A stretch of DNA of 64,000 nt from an uncultured virus (IMG/VR IMGVR_UViG_3300020183_000048) (Duplodnaviria; Heunggongvirae; Uroviricota; Caudoviricetes): the IMG/VR virus record IMGVR_UViG_3300020183_000048; one strand, written 5' to 3'. The translations under genes were made by a program, and so were the position numbers. Position 1 is the stretch's first letter, and each line of letters opens with the position of its first letter. Below the pieces are notes generated by a model that saw nothing but the letters and a program-made list of their open reading frames with translations, ran no database searches and was not told the origin of the DNA. Positions 28,788 through 40,000 of this stretch are shown here, piece after piece.

Positions 28788-28984
28788 TCATTCCACCATC
28801 CTTCTTCTTTATGTATCCAAATTTTTAAATCTTTGACGTATTTTCTAAGTATTTGTGCCTGTTCCTCATGCCAAGGATCACCCGTCTTCATATAAAAACG
28901 AGTGTGATGATCTATGGCTTTAAGTATTTTATGGATGGAATCATTCCAACACTCCCTCTCTGGAGTGTTCCATTCTCGTGGCAC
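28784..28984 (-). CDS. hypothetical cyanophage protein (GTG start)
   Basis: 66-aa ORF with ATGA coupling to gp17. Confidence 0.65.
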   Translation of the reverse strand: MPREWNTPERECWNDSIHKILKAIDHHTRFYMKTGDPWHEEQAQILRKYVKDLKIWIHKEEGWWNE

Positions 28985-29088
28985 GGGATTACTAGCGAGT
29001 GTACATCGTTGTAACGAAAATATTCAAGTTTGCATTGACCTGGACTGATTTCCACATATCCAACAATTAAAAAAGCAATAAATTCCAT
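28912..29088 (-). CDS. 58-aa hypothetical protein overlapping the next gene
   Basis: Manual translation MEFIAFLIVGYVEISPGQCKLEYFRYNDVHSLVIPCHENG...; fills an otherwise empty gap. Confidence 0.5.
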   Translation of the reverse strand: MEFIAFLIVGYVEISPGQCKLEYFRYNDVHSLVIPCHENGTLQRGSVGMIPSIKYLKP

Positions 29089-29092
29089 AAGA

Positions 29093-29305
29093 TTAAATCA
29101 ATTGTTGTTTATGATGCGGCAAACTTCTGTCCTGGGGTTTTCCGTTTTTAGGAAACTGATAAACACCGTTGATACATAAAATCCAATTAGTTCCTGTTTT
29201 AGCATCATGAATACGAATTCTGTCACACGTTCTCATGAAGTGAGGAACTTGTCCTGGTCCCATGGGAGTTGCTGTAAAAAGTGATGCCAAGATTAGAGGG
29301 ATCAT
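29093..29305 (-). CDS. hypothetical protein with hydrophobic N-terminus
   Basis: 70-aa ORF with ATGA coupling. Confidence 0.55.
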   Translation of the reverse strand: MIPLILASLFTATPMGPGQVPHFMRTCDRIRIHDAKTGTNWILCINGVYQFPKNGKPQDRSLPHHKQQLI

Positions 29306-29418
29306 TTTTTCTTGCCGCCATTCTTTGCTTTCTTAGCAGTAGCATTCCCCTGATTCTGTTTGGAGTTCTTTTGTCCTCCAGGAGAACCTTTCTTCCCCTT
29401 GTTTGGTGACTTAGACAT
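29302..29418 (-). CDS. 38-aa Lys/Gly-rich basic peptide
   Basis: Manual translation MSKSPNKGKKGSPGGQKNSKQNQGNATAKKAKNGGKKK; overlaps both neighbours by 1-4 nt. Confidence 0.65.
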   Translation of the reverse strand: MSKSPNKGKKGSPGGQKNSKQNQGNATAKKAKNGGKKK

Positions 29419-29699
29419 CAGCAGTTCCACGCACGTAATGATTTATTTATGCGAGAATCTGGATCCCTGGCAGTTTTTGCGGAAGTCAGTTTGGATTTCA
29501 TACCTTTCATTCTGGCACAAAATGACGCCCTGCGGGGATTTCCAACCTCTTTTGAAGGTGCTTTAAGGTCGCTTCCAGGATTTTCTCTTTCATAAGACTT
29601 ACGTCCTTTTTCGTTAAGACCACCAGACTTATTCTTACCTGCACTGCGGGTCCATGCAGCACCTTCTGCAAGTTTTCTAAACTGTTTAAAAGTTTTCAT
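29418..29699 (-). CDS. DUF6321-like basic protein, likely internal head protein
   Basis: MKTFKQFRKLAE N-terminus; GGLNEKGRKSY...RRASFCARM...LRAWNC. Confidence 0.7.
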   Translation of the reverse strand: MKTFKQFRKLAEGAAWTRSAGKNKSGGLNEKGRKSYERENPGSDLKAPSKEVGNPRRASFCARMKGMKSKLTSAKTARDPDSRINKSLRAWNC

Positions 29700-29700
29700 G

Positions 29701-30222
29701 TCAACCGCCAACAATTTGTACTTGTTCAAATACTACACTGGCACCAATTGCTTCTAGTTTTGCTACTCTTACTACTTGAGCAGAATCCCCTGTTGAATGA
29801 GTAAAATCTTGAGTTGCAGCAGAAGCATTGATATCAGTTGTAATGGAATTGCCAGTTTTATTAGTTACTTTCTTTCCATCAGCTGCAGCAGATTCAAAGG
29901 CAGCAGGAAGAATTGAACCTGAATCAACTACAGCAATATAATCTCCAACTCCAAATGGATGTGTATCTGTAGTTGCACCAGCAAGACCTAAAGTATACAC
30001 ACAAGTCGCAGAATCGGTTGCTTTATAAATTGGAGCTTTTCTTGCCTTGCCTCCAGAAAGTAATAAAGATTCAGATGCTTTTACTACTACCGCAGGACCA
30101 TCATTAATTTTTACAGTGCAATCTGTTCCTGCAGTGATACGAAACACTCCACTACTCATTTCTACATATCCTGTTCCACCAGATGCAACAGTGCTGGTTG
30201 AAATTACATTAAATACAGACAT
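29701..30222 (-). CDS. virion structural protein (hypothetical)
   Basis: 173 aa, beta-rich, preceded by a late-promoter-like GATAAATA. Confidence 0.6.
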   Translation of the reverse strand: MSVFNVISTSTVASGGTGYVEMSSGVFRITAGTDCTVKINDGPAVVVKASESLLLSGGKARKAPIYKATDSATCVYTLGLAGATTDTHPFGVGDYIAVVDSGSILPAAFESAAADGKKVTNKTGNSITTDINASAATQDFTHSTGDSAQVVRVAKLEAIGASVVFEQVQIVGG

Positions 30223-30256
30223 TAAGATACTCCTATTCTTGTATATTTCTTCTATA

Positions 30257-30679
30257 TTATTTATCTTCTATCTGTTTTTGTTGTTTTAAAAACTTTTGCA
30301 ATTCTGCAGTAGAACCAACAAACAGAGAATTATTTACTGTAGTCTGTGATTTGATTACGTCTGAATTTATATCCTTAACCTTCTTTTGTAGATCTAATAG
30401 CTTATCTGTTACATCTGCAACGTGTTTAATTAATTGACCAGCAACTTCATACGTTCTTGGGTGATCACTTGCTTGTGCAACATCTAAAATACCGTTGACA
30501 GCTTCTTCACCCTTTTTAATTAAATTGTATAAAGTAGCTCTACTATATGCATAGTCATCTGTAATGTCAGATGGTGGATTTTCAGATTTGACAACCTCAA
30601 CTTCTACGCTAGATGGTGTTACTTCAATATCACCAGAAACGTTGAATACGTCATTTAATGCAGAATAATTTTTATCCAT
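30257..30679 (-). CDS. gp16: terminase small subunit
   Basis: DDYAYSR...HPRTYEVAGQLIK...NNSLFVGSTAELQK. Confidence 0.92.
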   Translation of the reverse strand: MDKNYSALNDVFNVSGDIEVTPSSVEVEVVKSENPPSDITDDYAYSRATLYNLIKKGEEAVNGILDVAQASDHPRTYEVAGQLIKHVADVTDKLLDLQKKVKDINSDVIKSQTTVNNSLFVGSTAELQKFLKQQKQIEDK

Positions 30680-30682
30680 ATA

Positions 30683-31747
30683 TTATGACCACTCACCACT
30701 AAATCCGAAGTTATCATTGTCATCTAATAAAATGACATCAGCAGCATTTACAACTGAGAATTTGTGATTAGTACCAGCAGATGCAGGTATTATCAAATCA
30801 ATTGAAATATTGTTTGATGCATTTTTCTTTGTTGTTGCAACTCTAAAACTATTTGCATCAATTCGAATTATATAATAAGTTCCTAGATTTTCTAGAGGAG
30901 TAATTGCAATCGAATTACCACCAACACGATATGTAACCTTATCTCCTGTTACAAAACCATGAGCATTTAAGGTTATTGTATTTGAAGCTTGATTTACTGC
31001 ACTTGCACTGAATAGTGTTCCATCTTCATTTTCATCTTGTAGTGCTTCTGGTTCTACCGTATAACGTAATTCTCTTGTTCCAGTTTCTACATTGGTTGTA
31101 GTATATACATCCGAAATAACCTTGCGAATTACACCACCAGTATTTGCATTAATTGGACCATACATGTAAGTTTTGGCAACAAATATAAAATTATAAATTA
31201 ATGCTCTTCTTGCTGTATAATCACCTTCATATTGATCATCCACAGTTACTGATTGTAAAATAACAGGAATGTCTTTCATTTCATTCATGTCTGGAATTAT
31301 ATTAACACTAATGGTTAGTGATGGTTGAAAAAATGGTAAAATTTGTTCTACAATTTGAACTGCATCATCATTGTTTTTTGATATGACACTTAATTCAAAT
31401 TCAAGATTATATGGAACTGGTAGGTACTGACTCTTAACATCACCATTATCAGTTTTTTTGACGGTTGTAATTGGATTTAATTTTCTACTTGAATCATAGG
31501 TTATACCAGTCATTTCAAATGAAATTCTTGGTAAAGTTATTTGCTGTTTATTAGATTCTAATAAATCTGGTAGTGCAAAAATTCTTGCAAGAAATTTATC
31601 CCTTGGTCCATATGCTAAAGGAACTCTGAGAGTTTGAACAATATCGCCATCAGAATCTTTTCTGATGAGTTGAATATTATTAAACATAGTTCCAAATCCA
31701 ACGATTGTCTTTCGTATGGATTCGTTATAAAAAGCCTTACCTAACAT
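30683..31747 (-). CDS. gp15: tail sheath stabilizer/completion protein
   Basis: FGTMFN, VPLAYGP, LPRISFE, QIVEQILPFFQP. Confidence 0.93.
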   Translation of the reverse strand: MLGKAFYNESIRKTIVGFGTMFNNIQLIRKDSDGDIVQTLRVPLAYGPRDKFLARIFALPDLLESNKQQITLPRISFEMTGITYDSSRKLNPITTVKKTDNGDVKSQYLPVPYNLEFELSVISKNNDDAVQIVEQILPFFQPSLTISVNIIPDMNEMKDIPVILQSVTVDDQYEGDYTARRALIYNFIFVAKTYMYGPINANTGGVIRKVISDVYTTTNVETGTRELRYTVEPEALQDENEDGTLFSASAVNQASNTITLNAHGFVTGDKVTYRVGGNSIAITPLENLGTYYIIRIDANSFRVATTKKNASNNISIDLIIPASAGTNHKFSVVNAADVILLDDNDNFGFSGEWS

Positions 31748-32622
31748 TAGAAGCCACCTCCCATATTTCCATATTCACCAAATGGATTACCATCTGACCA
31801 ATCTATAATCAGATCGCCTTGATCCTCATAGTATTTATTCTCATCATAATATTCGTTACTATTTTCAAGTACACTGAAATCGTATATTGTCCATGTAGCA
31901 TTTGTTTTTTCACCTCTTACTATCATGTTTAGGGAAAAATCACCAACTCTATTAATCAATTCTAATTCTCTAGTAGTCTTATTCCAAGAAGAAACATATC
32001 CATATATTTCTGGTTTTGATACGGAATATACTTTTTCTCCAACAGAATAAGTACCAGTTCCATCTGGAGACAAAGTATATATTACTCCACTTGAATTTTC
32101 TCTCATAATGTCATCAAGTTCATCAACACCAGTTTCAATTCTTTCATCGGAGTATTCCATTAACTCACAACGTAGTTGATAGGTTTGAACTGCTCCTAGT
32201 TGTCTAAATGGAAGTTCGTTTTCTACAAACTTGATTTGAAATATCGATTTTGTTAATGGGAAATAAATCAAATCACCTTCGTTTGGTCTCGCAGTACTTA
32301 CTAAGTTATTGGAAGAAGATACTAAATCTTCCCATCTTCTTTTAGAAACAATGAATGTTGCTTCGTCACTTATCCTCACACCAAATTTTGTAAATAAGGT
32401 TCCATCTCCCTGAAATCCATCAAAATTCGACATATACATTTCAATTGTATAGTTCTCATCAAATTTTGATAAAATATCTTCTCCAAACAAATTATCTAGT
32501 TTGACTATTTCTCTTGGAAGATAATAAACATCCAAACCATAAATCTTTAAAGATTCTATGATTAAATCTTCGTATAGTCTTTGTTCTGTTGGTGTTCCGT
32601 ATGTGAAGTAAACGCTTTTCAT
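31747..32622 (-). CDS. gp14: neck protein
   Basis: ESLKIYGLDVYYLPR, RPNEGDLIYFP, NPFGE. Confidence 0.94.
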   Translation of the reverse strand: MKSVYFTYGTPTEQRLYEDLIIESLKIYGLDVYYLPREIVKLDNLFGEDILSKFDENYTIEMYMSNFDGFQGDGTLFTKFGVRISDEATFIVSKRRWEDLVSSSNNLVSTARPNEGDLIYFPLTKSIFQIKFVENELPFRQLGAVQTYQLRCELMEYSDERIETGVDELDDIMRENSSGVIYTLSPDGTGTYSVGEKVYSVSKPEIYGYVSSWNKTTRELELINRVGDFSLNMIVRGEKTNATWTIYDFSVLENSNEYYDENKYYEDQGDLIIDWSDGNPFGEYGNMGGGF

Positions 32623-32632
32623 ATTTTACCTC

Positions 32633-33430
32633 CTATCCAATTAGATCAAAAGGAGGTAATTCATATGTAGATGACATTTTCTCTTCTATTTCACGAAGTT
32701 CTTCAATTGCATCATCATACAACTGTCTTCCATTAAATGTAACACCACCAGGCATTTGAATACCTTCAAACTTAATTAAGTTTTGTCCCCACTGTTTTTT
32801 AATTAAAGCAGTTAAATATTTTTTGACAAATATCTCGTTATAACATTTAGTGTACTCATCTGGATTTAAAGCCCTATAACAATCAATGATAATAAAATCA
32901 TTAGTCTGCATTCGATCCCAATCCAAATCAATAAACAATTTATTTTGAACTTTGTTATATCTTAATTCTTTATGTCCTTCTAGTAAGAAATCTAGTGTCT
33001 CTAGATATTGCATTGTGACACGATAATTTAAAATGTCATATGCATAAAAGTTATAAAAATCATTTAAGAAAAATTGATATCTAAAACCAAACAGATTATT
33101 TACATAAGAGTTAGAAATTTTAAAAATTCCTTGTACTCCAATAACGTGTTCTGGGAGTGTTAAATATCCGCCTTGAGATTCTTTGAAATTTAAATTATCT
33201 GGTAAATTTGTATCTATATTTGCTTTTGCGTTAGTAATATCTTGTTCAGTTAATTTATATTTTAAATAAACTCTTTCAACACCAGCATACATTCTCTCAT
33301 TAAATAGTTGCATGGTATCATCGATCAAATCCTCGATCTGATCATCATCAACGTTTATTTCGATAACTGGTTTTCCTAACTTTCTAAGACAATATTCTTT
33401 TAGTTGGGATCTGGAAGATGGTTTTGCCAT
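32633..33430 (-). CDS. gp13: neck protein
   Basis: YCLRKLGKPVIEINVDDDQ, KQWGQNLIKF, PGGVTFNG. Confidence 0.95.
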   Translation of the reverse strand: MAKPSSRSQLKEYCLRKLGKPVIEINVDDDQIEDLIDDTMQLFNERMYAGVERVYLKYKLTEQDITNAKANIDTNLPDNLNFKESQGGYLTLPEHVIGVQGIFKISNSYVNNLFGFRYQFFLNDFYNFYAYDILNYRVTMQYLETLDFLLEGHKELRYNKVQNKLFIDLDWDRMQTNDFIIIDCYRALNPDEYTKCYNEIFVKKYLTALIKKQWGQNLIKFEGIQMPGGVTFNGRQLYDDAIEELREIEEKMSSTYELPPFDLIG

Positions 33431-33772
33431 TTATCTTGTTACTCCTGCATTAATGGTAACAACTCCTTCTACAACCCTTGTCTTGACAAGACTGGGACTT
33501 GGTGAAAGAATCACAATATCATAAACATATCTTCCTTCAGATAAAGAACCCGTTTGACTTGCAGATAAAGAAAAGATAATACGTCCACTAGTTCTTGGTG
33601 TTGGAAAAGTTATTGTGAAAGGTGTGCTTGTTGAACTATGATAAGATTTGCGAACTTGACCAGTTGCAGTATATCCAGTCAAATTTAAAGGTACACCATC
33701 TTCCTCATATACAACAACATCTGCTGTAAAATCGGTATATTGATCGACGTATAAGTTGGATACTACTGCCAT
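33431..33772 (-). CDS. small virion structural protein (Ig/BppU-like)
   Basis: NLTGYT...GRYVYDI...RVVEGVVT. Confidence 0.65.
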   Translation of the reverse strand: MAVVSNLYVDQYTDFTADVVVYEEDGVPLNLTGYTATGQVRKSYHSSTSTPFTITFPTPRTSGRIIFSLSASQTGSLSEGRYVYDIVILSPSPSLVKTRVVEGVVTINAGVTR

Positions 33773-33791
33773 GGTTTTTACTTCTATTTAT

Positions 33792-34028
33792 TTACAATTT
33801 GGATGATAAATTGATTAATAAATTTTTTATGTCACTTAATTCATTTTTAATAGTATTCACCTCATATTCTAATCTATCTATTTTTTTAGCTTGTGATTTT
33901 TTAATACACATCATATCCATGTATTTTTCATACTCACTTATATTTTCATTTACAATGGCCCCAGATAATAAATCACGTTTAAAATCTGGGTGACCTTGTA
34001 CTTTTGCTTTTGGATTATCTTCAATCAT
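33792..34028 (-). CDS. small coiled-coil cyanophage protein
   Basis: KVQGHPDFKRD...GAIVN plus C-terminal coiled coil. Confidence 0.7.
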   Translation of the reverse strand: MIEDNPKAKVQGHPDFKRDLLSGAIVNENISEYEKYMDMMCIKKSQAKKIDRLEYEVNTIKNELSDIKNLLINLSSKL

Positions 34029-37000
34029 AATGCAAGTGCGATAGCTCTAAATTTTTGAATTAGTGGAACTCTGGATTGATCTTCAGCTGTCATGACAATT
34101 TTGACTGAGAATTGTTTGAATTGTGGGAGATTCTTCTCTTCAAAAATAAACTCCCTGAAATCAAAATCATCTTTAGAAGTTGGATAAGATTCTTTAAATT
34201 TTAATTCTCTATAGTTATTTTTCTCAAAATCATTGATACCATCATCTCTTCCTAATTTCACATAAACTTTAATTTCATTTGAAGCAAAACGAACAGCATC
34301 AAACATTACTTGAACTGATGTAGATGGATTTGTTAATGATGCTTCTCTTGTAATATAAATTGATTCATGTAAACTTCCATTTGGTTTAGTTTCATTATCA
34401 AATGATGTCTTGTTAATTCTGTTGGAAGTTAAACAAGCTGAAACTCTTTCCAAATCTAAAACGGGAGAAATATTAGGATTGTCACTATCTAATTGTATAG
34501 CAAATTCTAGTGATTTTTTATTTGCTAGATATGTACTTTGATTTATATTTGATGCAATTAATCTAGGACTGTTTAACTCTACAATTCCCGACATTGGAAT
34601 TTCTTCATTTAAAACAAATTCATATGAAGGTTGTTTTTCGGAATTAGTACACGAAATACTTGTTGAAGAAACACTATTCATTCTTAGCCTCATTGAAGTA
34701 GATGGGAATGTAGTATACATCAAGTTTGGTGTAATTGTTTCATACTGAATATTTCTTGTTGCATATGCTTTATTCTGACCTCCATTAATAGATGCGGTTG
34801 CAATTTTTGGGAGAACCAATGTATAAGTATCGAGAGTTGGATTTCCAATTGCGTTATGTGTTTTATTAATATCAATTAATGGAATTCCATTCAAATTATA
34901 GCATTCTACAATTAATCCTGCAGCGTGTGCAGTGATTGAAGTTGAATTTTGTCCTCTTCCGTTTTGTGGAATTGTAATTGTATTTGTAGAAGCATTGACT
35001 GCACTATACTTAATAATTTCATCTTGAATTTTAATATAACCAGGGTTACTAGCAGAAATTGCTGCACCACCAATAATAGTATCAAGTTGTGATACGTCAT
35101 CCAGAGTAAAATTAGATCCTCCAACTGCAGTTACTTGGTTTGTTGTCATTGGAGTTACTAGAGAACTATTTGCTGATTCTGATTGAATTCCAGAAATAGT
35201 AACTTTGTTTCTACTGGTATGCATACCATGATTTCTACTATAGATAGTTACTGTGGAAGAACCAGCCGTCATTTTAATTGGGTCATTCTTTAGTTTTACT
35301 GTTTTCAATTCTTTATTCTCTAGATACACTTCTGCTGAAGAAGTATTTTTAAATGAAGCTCTATATAATTTGAACTTCAAATCTTCATATTGGTCTGGAG
35401 TCCATGTAGATGCGTTCTGTGATTTAAATAAAACACCTGCATATGGTTGTTCAGAAATAATTTTTTTAGTTACAACATCTTCTTCACCCATTCGTGAAAT
35501 CCACATCTTATAAAGGTTTGAGTCACTAAATACAACCAAACAATGTTCAATGTTTTCGGGAATATAAACTGGTGATGGGAAAGTAAATGTTGTTGCTACT
35601 GTTCCGTTTTCTGATAGTAAAACTTCAGATGGTTTTTTGGTTACATCACTGAAAGGAAGAATAGTTCCAGTTGGAGAACCATTAAACATAGTTCTTACTT
35701 GAATATTAACTGAAATTTTTGGATCTTTTGTTTGGAAGAATAAATCTACCTTAGTTAAGAAACACCCACCACTTGTAGTTACCAAGAATGATTGAGCAAG
35801 AGGATCATACCAACCAATTTGTTGTTCACTTCTTCTTGTTTGTGTAATTGTTTGAGTTTGTGTTAATGATTGTGTTGAAACATTTGCATTTCTAACAGCA
35901 AGAACTTGTGCCTGAACTACACTCGATGTTCCTTCTGATGTGAACTTGGATTCTGCTGAAGTATCGACAATTCCAGGAATTCTGCTATCGGTGTCACTAG
36001 TTGTCAATCTAAAAGTCGTGGAACCATTTGCAAATTGTGGGTTTCCCGAAATATTTGGATCTGGAATATATACAATTCCTCTCCACGCTCCATTTTTATC
36101 AGTAAATATTCTGGTTGTCTTTAGTGTTGCCCTTGCACCACTAGTAACACCAACAATACTACATTTTTTATCTTTAAATGTATTTAAATTAATGTAAGTT
36201 GGATCTACCAATTCATCAAATTCAATATTTAAATATGGTGTAGTTGTCGCATAGGTAGATCTTGTAGTCAAATCTGTATTTGTATAAGGATTTTCATTAC
36301 CATAATCATATAAATTTTTGACTACACCAGTTACATAAAACTTATCACCAGAAATTCCAGACTGAGTTGCTCCCGAAGTAGAACCAGAAGGACCAGCCAA
36401 AACTGCTCCAATCGGTGGAATTGGAAGAATAGAATTACCTTCATCGAGACCAACAAAAATTACTTTCTCACCAACTTTGAATGATACACTATTTGATGGA
36501 GTTAAAGTTACTGTTTTACCACCAACAGACGCAGTTACATTTCCTTCGGAACCACCTCTATACACTTCTAGTAAATTAGTGAGAGTATATGCAGTCATGT
36601 TCCTTGTATTCATAAAGAAATGTAATCTGGTATTTGGTTTCATTCTGTGTGCAGAAAGTTTAACAATTCTTTCACGAAGATACTTAATATTAGTTTTTGA
36701 TAATTCTTTATCACCAGTATTTTCAAAATCAGTTCTTTCGGTAACTACAGTTCTAGAACCAGAACGTTCCTGATTTACGGATCTGGATCCTGTAGTAACT
36801 TGCATGACTCTACGTGGAGCACCATTTCTAAATGATGGATCATACCAAACTGAGCTACGATTGTTCCAAGAACCTACAGAAACATCTCTCCATGAACCCC
36901 AATTAATCGGTCCAATTCCATCATCACCAACACCAGTTTCTCTTAAAGTTTGTTCAAAATTTCCTTCGACGTTTACTACATTATCAGCAACACGATTAGT

Positions 37001-40000
37001 AATAATCCATGTATCTTGTGTTGGAGTTAAATCAAGTCTACCAATCCACGCAAATACCGCAAATGGATTTACGTTTTCTACTCTACTTGTTGCACTTTGA
37101 TCAATAAGTAAAGTATTTGTATATGGTAAAGTAATTAGATCACCTGTCTTTTGATAATTAGTTGATTTTGTTGTGTTTAATTGAAAATCTACGTTTGTTG
37201 TATAGTGGATAGGTCTTAACGTTCCTGAACTGATATCAATTGCTGCTCTGTAATCTTTTTCGTAAATATCAGATACTAAGTTTGTCGAAAAATCATCTAC
37301 AACAAAACCATTTTTAAATCTATTAACACCAGTACTATCTGTGATAGCTAATGACTTTGTTTCGAGTTCTAATAGAGTTAAAGATGTATAATATTCAACA
37401 GATTCAAGTCTCTGTTCGAGTTTACCAATATCCTCCATTGTATAACGTCTGTTTTTCTTTGGAGTTAGATTTACGTCAGTTACATTTCTGATATATGGAG
37501 GCATGCTAATATCAGCAATTAACATACTATTTTTTGGAATTTCTGGAAACTTAGGAGTTAACGATGGACTACCTTTAATTACTTTAAATTCTCCAGTTTC
37601 GGTTAAAACTAACTTATCAAGTCTTGGAATATAAAAACTGTAATCACATACCAAATTTGAGCTTGGTTTTGTAAAATTTTTGTGTATTAAACTTCTAGTT
37701 CCTGGATTTAATAAAACTTGGTTCAGTACAAATGGTGATGATACAGTTCCAGAACCAGTTAATCCACTTGACTGTGCGGTGATTCTATAATCAATAATAT
37801 CAGTCAAGTACATATTATTATTATCAGATTCAATAGTTTCGTATGCTTGTTGATCTGTATATGAATCCACTGTAAAGAAATCACCAGAAGTATGCTCATA
37901 ATAATCATATACAATGACTAACATTCTTGAAGGAACGCTCGTTCCTGGTTTTCTTAGTATTGATGAAATATCGTAAATTTCATCATCTAATCTTTTTTTC
38001 AGTAAATAATCAGAGGTTCTATCTTTATAAGAACCAGTGGTAACTGAAGTAACAGTTGTGGAAGCATCTGATCTAAAACAGTTTAACGTTTGATTTGCTT
38101 TAAATCTAAATGTTGAATAATAAATTACAGTAAGAACATTAGAAGAAATAGAAATTACCCTACACTTGGTATTTTCTGAATTATCAAACAATATGTCACC
38201 AATTTTAATTCCAGAAGTTGAAGATACAGTAATTGTATCAAATACGTCAGATGGTAATGCTGTTGATGTTTTAACTTCTCTGACACAAATTAAATTTTTA
38301 ACATCTGGGACACCGAGACAAATATCTTCATCAACATATCTTGTTCCATAAGAAGTTGTAGTAGATGTTTTTGCTTTATCTACCTTGAATACCGCATGTA
38401 TTTTTAAAGTTTTATTTCTTAATGTTGGTCTACTTCTTGTGCAACTAACATAAATTGTCGCCGCCCCATTTGGCATTCCAGTTACAGTAACAGTATTATT
38501 AGCAGTTACTGATCCCACTTTTGATCCACTAGTTCCACTTGAAGGAATAGCAAGAACTGATCCACTTGCACTTTCACCGTCTGTATTTAAATTAAAACTT
38601 GCTACATTATTGTTAAAAGTTACAGTAAATGCTCTCATAATACTATAACTAATATCACTAACATTCTTGATAGTATTTTCAGCAAAACGAGTAGTTTGAT
38701 TTTTTTGATTACTTAATAGTCTTGCAACAAGTTTAAATGCTTTTGTATATGACTGATTTGTAATAGAACTATTTTGTATAATTGTTGCAGTTGAATTATT
38801 AGTTACAGTATTAATTCTAGTTTCACCATTACCCAATTTAATTCTCATATTAGTTTTTAATTCACTCAAAAAGTTTGTTTCAGAACCAGTAAAATTTGTA
38901 TTGGATGAAATTGTAAATCCATCTCCAGTTAAAGCTCGTGAAGTTAGAATTAAATTTGCTTTAAAAGTAGATGATGAAAAATCTGATCCATCTGTAACTG
39001 AGTTAACTTCTTCAATAGTGTAATCTCTTATTACTAAAATAGTAACACAAGTTGCATTACGACTATTATCAATCGTTTCACCTTCAATAAAATCACCAGA
39101 TACTTGTTCTAGTGTTACCATCTTAGTTGTATTGTTGATTGCATAGACAAAACCTTTTGCACCACTGACTCTACCTTCAACTAAATCACCATTTTGTACA
39201 TTAAGTGTTCCACTAGCCCAAGATAATTCAGTAAAAGTACTAAAATCAGTTAAGTATAGTCTTGGATATCCACCAGAACCATCAGTTAATGTAATTGCGG
39301 TTGCTTTTGCAATTTCCTTTTCATTTGACTCATTTAATTTTCTATCATATAGATATATTCTTTGAAATGATCCAACGGAAAGACCACCAACCATTCCTGC
39401 AGTGTCTAACTCAAAATACTTTCCAAAATCTAAAAATTGTGAAACGTTTGATTTTGATTTAAAGGTTCTTGGTTTTTGTACTTCTACATAAGTAGATGAT
39501 TGTTGTTCTAATTCATAACCCTTAACGTATGATTTTCCTGGACCAACAGTAATTGTAAAGAAATCATTTCCATTAATAGCATTACCATCTTGTGTTGTTA
39601 TTGCCCTGTTTAAAACTACTGTTCCTTTACTATTTTCTGAATTAATATCATATACACCACCGTTGAACAAATTATCCAGAGTTTCATTGACTTTTAGTTT
39701 ATAATCTTCAATAGAATAGTTTCCAGACTCATCAAAAGTTCTTCTTGCTAAAGTTCTTTCTAATTCTGCATAAACAGAACGGTCTACTTTATATTCAATT
39801 TTACCTTCTCTTACTCGTAGAAGTTCAATGAAATCTTTTCCTTGAATTTCATCTACACCTACTTTTTCTAGAATACAAGAAACTTTTAATCTATCAGCAC
39901 CAGGAGATGCATAGTTTGAATAACCGTATGAATTATCTAATAATGATTGATCATCTTCTGATGTAATAATCTCTTCATAAATTCTCAAACCTACTTTATA

